Source: an uncultured Enterobacteriaceae bacterium
GTDB lineage: Bacteria > Pseudomonadota > Gammaproteobacteria > Burkholderiales > SG8-39
NCBI GenBank assembly: GCA_964565875.1
Contig: CAZMGP010000001.1
Coordinates: 123,747-187,746, forward strand
Direction of reading: 5' to 3'
Length of the DNA stretch: 64,000 nucleotides
The notes under the pieces were generated by a model. The model made no database searches and was not told the DNA's origin. It saw only the letters and a list, made by a program, of their open reading frames with translations. Each line of letters starts with the position of its first letter. The first letter of the stretch is position 1. A program made the translations under genes and the position numbers. This document shows positions 8,775 through 17,325 of the stretch, in pieces.

Positions 8775-9410
8775 ATGGAAAGAATCTACGTTCACCCCTT
8801 ACCCGTCAGGATCTGGCACTGGATCAACGCGCTCGGTTTCCTGACCATGATGCTCACCGGCTTTCAGATCCGCTACATCGGGTTGTTCGACCTGATGTCG
8901 TTCCGCACGGCGGTCGTGGTGCATAACTGGGTGGGTTTCGCCCTCATCGCCAATTTCTTCGTCTGGCTACTGTTTTACCTGTTCTCGGACAAGATCCGCG
9001 TCTACCACCCGGAACTGAGCCCGATGAAGCATTTCCAGGCGAGCTTCCGCCAAGCCATGTATTACGGCTACGGCATATTCAAGGGTGATCCCAACCCGCA
9101 CCATGTCAGCGTCTACCGCAAGTTCAACTCGATGCAGAGCATGAGCTATCAAGTCATCATGCTTCTGCTGGTGCCTATCCAGTTCTATACCGGCGTGCTG
9201 CTGTGGGAGGTGAAGGGCTTCTCCGGCATGATCGACCTGCTTGGCGGGGTGCGCGTGGTGGATACGGCGCATGTGCTCATTTTCATATTCTTTGCCGGCT
9301 TCATTCCGATGCACATCTATCTTGCGCTTCTCGGCCACACCCCCATGGCGCACATCAAATCCATGTTGACCGGCTACGAAGAAGTAGAGGAAGAGCACGG
9401 AGTCAATTGA
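8775..9410 (+). CDS. b-type cytochrome membrane subunit (PhsC/FdnI/HydC-like)
   Basis: AAAGGAA lies upstream of the ATG. The N-terminus (YVHPLPVRIWHWINALGFLTMMLTGFQIRY) is typical of this four-helix di-haem b family. Conserved His residues sit in the helices. Confidence 0.8.
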   Translation: MERIYVHPLPVRIWHWINALGFLTMMLTGFQIRYIGLFDLMSFRTAVVVHNWVGFALIANFFVWLLFYLFSDKIRVYHPELSPMKHFQASFRQAMYYGYGIFKGDPNPHHVSVYRKFNSMQSMSYQVIMLLLVPIQFYTGVLLWEVKGFSGMIDLLGGVRVVDTAHVLIFIFFAGFIPMHIYLALLGHTPMAHIKSMLTGYEEVEEEHGVN

Positions 9411-9464
9411 AGGACGCGGCGAGCCCGCAGCGCCCAACTCGAGCCCGGTCTCGCGCCAATGAAA

Positions 9465-9498
9465 ACGGCCGGGGCGGATTATGGTCCGCCCCGGCCGT
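9465..9498 (-). terminator. candidate intrinsic terminator for the minus-strand receiver operon
   Basis: A 14-bp GC-rich stem (ACGGCCGGGGCGGA / TCCGCCCCGGCCGT) has a 6-nt loop. On the minus strand it is followed by TTTTCATT. Confidence 0.55.
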
Positions 9499-9533
9499 CA
9501 GCTTGAGGGTCGTGCGTCGGGTTTACTTGGAAG

Positions 9534-9636
9534 CCCGTAACAAACGGAGGTTTGTTACGGGCCGATTTAGAGGAGCACGAGGGGAGGCGCCCCGCAGGAA
9601 GTGCCCTTGGGGCATATCCCCTCGTCTTGTCACAAA
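9534..9636. repeat. structured ~100-nt repeat, copy 1 (partner at 25626-25726)
   Basis: It is near-identical to 25626-25726. It has two hairpins: CCGTAACAAA/TTTGTTACGG, and ACGAGGGGA...TCCCCTCGT with an inner GCCCC/GGGGC stem. It lies between the stop of the minus-strand gene 9630-10421 and the terminator at 9465-9498. Confidence 0.8.
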
Positions 9637-10421
9637 CTCTTCGTTTCGCTATTTCCCGCCAGCGCCTTGGCGCCGAGCTTGCTCCAGGCTTGCAGGCCGA
9701 ACCAGAGCAGCATGCCCAGCCCGACAATCGGTCCGATGACGAAGAACGCGAGGCCGATGAACGGGGCCGCCACTAGCATGCCGAACTGTTTCAGCGCGCT
9801 CGGCTTCGCCGGAGCTGCGGCCGGCATGCGCGCGGCTTGTTCCGCTTTCTTCTGTTGCGCTTCGATGGCCATCCACGCGAGCATGCCCAGACCAACGATC
9901 GGGAAGGTCAGGATGTAGGCGAGGCCGACGAAGGGAGCGGCGAAGAATAGCGCCACGTTCTTGACGAAGCGCAGGATGCCGCCCGCAGCTTTGGGTGCCG
10001 GCGCCGCTTCCGCAGCACCTTCGGCAGCGACGGCGGCTGCCGGTGCCGCTGCTTTTTCCGACAGGGCTTTCGCCGCGCTGCCTTCGATCATTTCGGGCGA
10101 CAGCGGCTTGCGCAGGAAAGCCGATACGCCGGCCGCTTCCGCGCGCGCCTCGTTGTCGCTCGAGCCGTAGCCGGTGACGATGACCACCGGCAGCCACGGC
10201 CGCTGCGCTTTGACGCGCTCGGCCATTTCCAGGCCGCTCATGCCGGGCATTTTGATATCGGTGAACACCACGTCGTAATCTTCCGCATCGAGCTTGGCTA
10301 ATGCCTCTTGGCCATTGTTCGCGGTGATCACCGCGTAGCCCTTTCCGGAAAGAACCCGGTCGAAGCTTTTCCCGACCACCGGATCGTCGTCTACCACTAA
10401 AACTTTGCGAATTGCGCTCAT
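9630..10421 (-). CDS. response-regulator receiver fused to a duplicated C-terminal membrane segment
   Basis: The REC motifs are present (VLVVDDDP, FTDIKMPGMSG, FLRKPL). An Ala-rich linker follows, then two similar hydrophobic blocks (ALFFAAPFVGLAYILTFPIVGLGMLAWMA and GMLVAAPFIGLAFFVIGPIVGLGMLLWFG). An AAGGAG SD lies upstream of the ATG. Confidence 0.85.
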   Translation of the reverse strand: MSAIRKVLVVDDDPVVGKSFDRVLSGKGYAVITANNGQEALAKLDAEDYDVVFTDIKMPGMSGLEMAERVKAQRPWLPVVIVTGYGSSDNEARAEAAGVSAFLRKPLSPEMIEGSAAKALSEKAAAPAAAVAAEGAAEAAPAPKAAGGILRFVKNVALFFAAPFVGLAYILTFPIVGLGMLAWMAIEAQQKKAEQAARMPAAAPAKPSALKQFGMLVAAPFIGLAFFVIGPIVGLGMLLWFGLQAWSKLGAKALAGNSETKSL

Positions 10422-10436
10422 GATTTTCTCCTTGTC

Positions 10437-10886
10437 TCAATAGGTAAAGCTGCTGGCATTACGGCCGGAGCCGGATGCCTGAATCTGTCCCGTACCGTCT
10501 TGGCGCATGGCCCATTTCTTCTGCGTCATTGCGCCGTTCGCCACGTTGATCACGTCGTCGGGTCCGACCGGCTTGGCGAGGTAGTCGTAAGCGCCAAGGC
10601 GAACCGCCTCCTTCGCGCTCTCGATGGTCGGATAGCCGGTGACAATCACGACCTCGGTTGCCGGCCATCTTTGCTTGAGCGCCTTCAATACCGCCATGCC
10701 ATCCATGCCGGGCATGCGCAGATCGAGCAGCACCACATCGGCCGCGCGCCGTTCCATCGCCGCGATCGCCTGCTCGCCATCCGCAACCACTTCCACGCTG
10801 CAATGAACGCTCGCGAGGGTGCGGATATGGCTCAAGCGCACCACCTCTTCGTCGTCCACCACCAGGACTCTGGTTTTCTCGCTCAT
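10437..10886 (-). CDS. stand-alone CheY-like response-regulator receiver
   Basis: The motifs are VLVVDDEE, LLDLRMPGMDG and YLAKPV. ATG 10886 has GAGGTGA 6 nt upstream; the ORF track start at 10895 is a GTG. Confidence 0.88.
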   Translation of the reverse strand: MSEKTRVLVVDDEEVVRLSHIRTLASVHCSVEVVADGEQAIAAMERRAADVVLLDLRMPGMDGMAVLKALKQRWPATEVVIVTGYPTIESAKEAVRLGAYDYLAKPVGPDDVINVANGAMTQKKWAMRQDGTGQIQASGSGRNASSFTY

Positions 10887-10922
10887 GTTCGTCACCTCGG
10901 ATCAGTCCTTTCACTCGAGGTA

Positions 10923-10939
10923 ATGCAACGTCCATGCCA
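10923..10939 (-). promoter_or_regulatory. sigma-54 (-24/-12) promoter
   Basis: The minus strand reads CTGGCATGGACGTTGCATTA. This is TGGCAT-N5-TTGCA against the consensus TGGCAC-N5-TTGCW. It lies about 35-50 nt upstream of ATG 10886. Confidence 0.75.
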
Positions 10940-11164
10940 GAGCCCGACGGCTAGGCGATTCTTCTCTAATCGTCAGAGACTTAAGTCGCGAGCGCGGCTA
11001 TCGTGGCGCGGGTGAGGGGCGCGTCGTGCGGGCGCCGAAGTATATTTTTCTTATTCAGCTTGCGGCCGGACGAAGGGAAAAATCAGTCGATTTTCAACTG
11101 CATAGACCTTGCCCGCAGGCGCGCAAAAAAAATATACGCAGCAGAGCGCCACTTCTGGACGACT

Positions 11165-11194
11165 GAAACAAAACGAGGGGACAAGTCCCCTCGT
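11165..11194 (-). terminator. intrinsic terminator downstream of the glutaredoxin-like gene
   Basis: The stem is ACGAGGGGA-CAAG-TCCCCTCGT. On the minus strand it is followed by TTTTGTTT, about 25 nt after the stop at 11220. Confidence 0.75.
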
Positions 11195-11219
11195 TCTGCA
11201 ATTCACACTAAGGAAGAAA

Positions 11220-11696
11220 TCAGGGCGTAGCCGTCTTGGGATAGCCGGCGGTATCGAGCGCCTCGTTCCAGGCTTGCGCTTCGAAATCCTTCTGCACCAC
11301 GGTGCCCACCGTCAGCACCGGCACCCGCGGCGCGCCCGCGAGCTTCGTCAGCTGGTCGATTTCTTCCTGGGTGGAGATGACTTTCTCGGCGTACGGCACG
11401 CCGCGCTTCTTCAGGAAATCCAGACCCTTCTTGCATGGGTCGCCGCAATCCTTGGAGGTGTAGACCGTGACCGGAAAATTCTTCGTCGCCTGCTCGAGCG
11501 CGTAAGGCTTTTGCGGCGCAGCCGCCGGACGCGCCGACTCCTTCTTTTGCACATTCTTTGCGCTCGCCGGCGGCGGCGTGTCGGTGTAGTGCACTGCGCC
11601 GCCGTCGTCGGTCCAGCGATAGAGTTGGGCCGCGGCGCTAGTGGCAAGGGCGAACAGACTAACTGCGATGAGTGCGCGCATGGTGCGTCTCGACAT
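11220..11696 (-). CDS. secreted DUF4124-type N-terminal domain fused to a glutaredoxin-like domain
   Basis: There is a signal peptide. LYRWTDDGGAVHYTDTPP is the DUF4124 signature as I recall it. The sequence VTVYTSKDCGDPCKKGLDFLKKRGVPY..VPVL looks like a glutaredoxin fold with a CxxC motif. Confidence 0.75.
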   Translation of the reverse strand: MSRRTMRALIAVSLFALATSAAAQLYRWTDDGGAVHYTDTPPPASAKNVQKKESARPAAAPQKPYALEQATKNFPVTVYTSKDCGDPCKKGLDFLKKRGVPYAEKVISTQEEIDQLTKLAGAPRVPVLTVGTVVQKDFEAQAWNEALDTAGYPKTATP

Positions 11697-11766
11697 TCAC
11701 CCGGCTTCGGTCATCCGGCTGGAGGCGACGGTGAAATCGAGCGCCTCCATTTTCCGTCACTGCCGT

Positions 11767-13812
<2,046 letters not shown>

Positions 13813-13887
13813 TGAATTGTCGCGAATGTTACGGGGAGTGCCGCCGCGCAGGCTGCGCGACGGAGAGTCGCTGCACCGAGGCGCGGA

Positions 13888-14499
13888 CTAGGCCGGACCT
13901 TTGGTCTTGAGTACCAGCTGCACCAGTTCGGCGACCGAATCGGCTCCCATCTTCTCCATCACGCGGGAACGATGCACCTCGACCGTCTTGATGCTGATGC
14001 GCAGGTCGTCCGCGATCTGCTTGTTCAGCTTGCCGCCGACGATGAGATCGAGCACCTCGCGTTCGCGCTGCGTCAGGCGCTCCAGCCGCTGCGCAAGCGA
14101 GGCGTTTTCCGCCCGCTTGGCGGCGGCGGCCCGGTCCTGGTTCATGCAGGATTCGATCAGGCGCAGCATGTCCTGATCGTTGAACGGTTTCTCGATGAAA
14201 TCCGCCGCGCCCTTCTTCAGCGCCGCCACCGCCATCGGCACGTCGCCGTGGCCGGTGATGAAAATTACCGGCAGGGTGGAAGAGCGCGCCTGCAGTTGCT
14301 CGTACAGGTCGAGGCCGTTCATGCCCGGCATGCGCACGTCGAGCACCAGGCAGCCGCAGAAGCCCGCGTCGAAGGCGCGCAGGAACTCGTCGCCCGAGGC
14401 GTACAGTTCCACGCGCAGGCCGCGCGATTCGAGCAGCCACTTCAGCGAATCGCGCATTGCATCGTCGTCGTCGACGATATGTACTTTGGGATCGGTCAT
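13888..14499 (-). CDS. FixJ/NarL-type response regulator (REC + LuxR HTH)
   Basis: The start is MTDPKVHIVDDDD, with the ATG overlapping the kinase stop (TAATG). The LuxR HTH is LTQREREVLDLIVGGKLNKQIADDLRISIKTVEVHR. Confidence 0.9.
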   Translation of the reverse strand: MTDPKVHIVDDDDAMRDSLKWLLESRGLRVELYASGDEFLRAFDAGFCGCLVLDVRMPGMNGLDLYEQLQARSSTLPVIFITGHGDVPMAVAALKKGAADFIEKPFNDQDMLRLIESCMNQDRAAAAKRAENASLAQRLERLTQREREVLDLIVGGKLNKQIADDLRISIKTVEVHRSRVMEKMGADSVAELVQLVLKTKGPA

Positions 14500-16856
14500 T
14501 ATGGGTTCAATGGTAGCGTGAAGCTGAAGACGCTGCCACCGCCGGCGTTCGGCACCGCCCACAGGCGTCCGTGGTGGAATTCGATGATCGAGCGGCAGAT
14601 GTTAAGCCCCATGCCCATGCCCTCGGGCTTGGTGGTGTAGAACGGCGTGAACAGCTTTTCCGTCTGCTCGATCAGCACGCCGTGGCCGCGATCGGCAACC
14701 CGCACCTCGATGAAATCGGTGCCGTTGGCGCGTGCGCTGATGGAAAGCTCGCGCTCCCGGCGCGGCGTCTCGTGCATCGATTCGATGCCGTTCTTCACCA
14801 GGTTGAGCACCACCTGCTCGATCATGATCTTGTCGGCGTAGGCGGCGGGCAGTCCGCTGGGGACGTTCACGTTGAGGCGCACGCCTGCCTTGCGCGCCTC
14901 GATCTCGGCGAAGCCGATGATCTCGTCGATGACGTCGGCGATCTGGATCGCGCCGCGATTCGGTTCGCTCTTCTTCACGAAGTCGCGCACGCGGCGGATG
15001 ATCTTGCCGGCACGCTCCGCCTGCGCGCTTGCCTTGCGCATCGCCGCGAGCAGCTCATCCGGCCGGTAGTCGTTCGTCTGCAGGCGATTGACGCAGCCCA
15101 TGTTGTAGTTGGCGATCGCGGCGAGCGGCTGATTCAGCTCGTGCGCCAGGCTGGATGCCATCTCGCCCATGGTGATCAGGCGCGAAGTCTGCTGCAGGCG
15201 CTCCAGCTGCTGATTGTTCAGTTCCTGCATGTTCACGCGGTCGGTGATGTCGGTGGCGATTTCCATCCGCACCACGCGCGCATCCACCCATTGAATCGCG
15301 CGCTCGCGCAACTGGTACCAGCGCCCGTTCAGCCCGTTCTGCAGCTCGGTATCGTGCAGTTCGAGCGGTGTCTGATGCGGCGCCAGGCTGCGCGCGCGGT
15401 CCATGAAGCGGGCCGGGTCCGGGTGGCAGGCGCGCGTGACCTGCCAGCAATTGCGCCCCACGGCGTCGTAGCCGTAGATGTTCTTGAACGCCTTGTTCGC
15501 AAACAAGATCTCGTCCGCCTCCAGGTCGGCGACGTAAATTGCCTGGTCCAGGCCTTCGAGCACGGTCATGAAGCGCTGGTGCGAGGCTTCCAGATCGGAG
15601 CGCGCGCGCTGCTGCGCCGTGATGTCGTGGATCGAAGCCATCCACCCTGTCTGCCGGCTGTTGGCGTCGACGAGCGGGGCTTCGTGGATGCGCACATCGA
15701 AGCGCTCGCCGTTCTTGCGGTGAAAGCGCGCTTCGACGCCGCCGCGGGGCGCATCGCCGACGCGCGCGTGCTGCATTGCGCCGCCGTGCGCGAGCGGATC
15801 GTTCTGGTCCCAATAGGGGTAGGGGGCGCCCGCGCCGATCAGCTCTTCCTCGGTGAAGCCGACCATCTTGCACAAGGCGGCGTTCACGTAAGTAATGCGC
15901 CCCTGCATGTCGACCGCGCACATGCCGGTGGGCATGGATTCCTCCATCGCCTTGCGGAAGCTCGATTCGGCGCGCCATGCGTCCTCGGCGCGGATACGCC
16001 GTAAGAGATTATTGCGCAGCGACCACAGGCTCCATACCACCAACAGGGACAGGCCGGCAATGAGCAGGATCGGCAGCGTTTTCGCCAGGCTCGTCTCCGT
16101 GCGGTAGGCGGTCACTTCCATGCGCATGCCGTAACCCGGCGGGTCGAATACGAGGCTGTAGCTCACGCCCTCGTCGCGCGGCCGCACTGCGGAATTTTCC
16201 GCCAGCAGCTGGCCGCCGGCCCCGGTGAAGCTCAGATGGTATTTCTCCGCAAACCAAGCGGGCACCAGATAGCGCAGGAGCGAGGGCACCGGGTAGGCTG
16301 CGGCAACCGCCCCGAGAAAATCGTGGCCATGCTGGATCGGCACGAAAAGCTCGAACGTCGGACTCGTCCCGTCCGTGGCGGTATGCACTTTAGCGTAGGC
16401 CGGGTGGCCGAAGTTACGCGCTGCGGCAAAGGCCCGCCCCTGCTCCTTCTGCGGCAGCGCTTCGCCTGCGTGCCAGGCGTCCCCGCCATGCGCGACGGAA
16501 CTGCGCACGATTTCGCCGGCGCCGATCCAGGCGATTTCGGCAAGGTGCGGATTGATCGCCAGGTACTGGTTCGCGCGCTTCTGGAAGATGGCATCGTCGA
16601 CCTGGCCCTCCGCGGTTTCGCGCGCGAGTTCCTGCAGGAACTCCTGGTCGCTTTGCATGTGCAGCCGCAGCGTCTGCTCCGCCCATTGCACGTCGCGGGT
16701 GAGGGTCGCCGTCTGCTGGTCGAAATCGCGAATCTGCAACAACCAGACGAGCGCGATCATGGACAGGATGAACGCGCCGACGGCGAGATTCGGCATCATC
16801 CAGTGCCAGCGCCGATTGGAGGGAGTGACCGAATTTTCGATTGGGTTGGGCAGCAT
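14499..16856 (-). CDS. PAS-domain sensor histidine kinase (FixL-like architecture)
   Basis: There is an N-terminal TM, a periplasmic region and a second TM. PAS-like repeats follow, then the H-box SLAHELNQPL and the HATPase motifs (NLVKNGIES, DRGHG, GMGMGLNICRSI). The start is uncertain: the track uses TTG 16886, while ATGs occur at 16856 and 16799. Confidence 0.88.
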   Translation of the reverse strand: MLPNPIENSVTPSNRRWHWMMPNLAVGAFILSMIALVWLLQIRDFDQQTATLTRDVQWAEQTLRLHMQSDQEFLQELARETAEGQVDDAIFQKRANQYLAINPHLAEIAWIGAGEIVRSSVAHGGDAWHAGEALPQKEQGRAFAAARNFGHPAYAKVHTATDGTSPTFELFVPIQHGHDFLGAVAAAYPVPSLLRYLVPAWFAEKYHLSFTGAGGQLLAENSAVRPRDEGVSYSLVFDPPGYGMRMEVTAYRTETSLAKTLPILLIAGLSLLVVWSLWSLRNNLLRRIRAEDAWRAESSFRKAMEESMPTGMCAVDMQGRITYVNAALCKMVGFTEEELIGAGAPYPYWDQNDPLAHGGAMQHARVGDAPRGGVEARFHRKNGERFDVRIHEAPLVDANSRQTGWMASIHDITAQQRARSDLEASHQRFMTVLEGLDQAIYVADLEADEILFANKAFKNIYGYDAVGRNCWQVTRACHPDPARFMDRARSLAPHQTPLELHDTELQNGLNGRWYQLRERAIQWVDARVVRMEIATDITDRVNMQELNNQQLERLQQTSRLITMGEMASSLAHELNQPLAAIANYNMGCVNRLQTNDYRPDELLAAMRKASAQAERAGKIIRRVRDFVKKSEPNRGAIQIADVIDEIIGFAEIEARKAGVRLNVNVPSGLPAAYADKIMIEQVVLNLVKNGIESMHETPRRERELSISARANGTDFIEVRVADRGHGVLIEQTEKLFTPFYTTKPEGMGMGLNICRSIIEFHHGRLWAVPNAGGGSVFSFTLPLNP

Positions 16857-17123
16857 GCCTGTGCTGTTGCTCAGGTGCGGCAACAAATCCGCTCATTCGT
16901 TGTTCAACGGACGGACAATCCTAGCACGACCGCCCCGGCATCATGGCGGGATCATGCCAGCAAGCCGAAGTCGGACTAGTAGGGTTTTCCCGTGCGGCAG
17001 CGCGCAGCAACGCTTAGGGTTTGTCCCTATTCCTTGGCGTAGGCCGCCTATCTACACTTCATCGCGGAAGCTGCAACAGGGGTATTCAGGGCTTCTGATT
17101 TGCTCAGCTTGTCTCATCCTTTC

Positions 17124-17152
17124 ACCGGGACCTCGTGTCCCGGTTTCTTTTT
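17124..17152 (+). terminator. orphan intrinsic terminator in the aceE upstream region
   Basis: The stem-loop is ACCGGGAC-CTCGT-GTCCCGGT, followed by TTCTTTTT on the plus strand. There is no plus-strand CDS upstream of it. Confidence 0.6.
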
Positions 17153-17325
17153 CCACGCGCAAATCGCGCGGCGGCGTCGGGACTTGGCTCCCTGTATAAT
17201 TGACCAAGCTCGGATTCAGTCATCCGAAGAAGAAGCGGCTTGCGTGCGGGGCGCACGTCCGTGCAATTTTCCCGCCGCGTCCGATCGCTGGCACGCACTG
17301 CCGCTGCAGCACAGAAGGAGTTGCC

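Noticed and set aside
9601-9918. ORFs 9601-9918(+) and 25692-26864(+), which both begin with the peptide MPLGHIPSSC.
   Set aside because: The shared N-terminus is simply the translated repeat element. Downstream they run antisense to well-supported genes (the receiver-TM gene and pirin).
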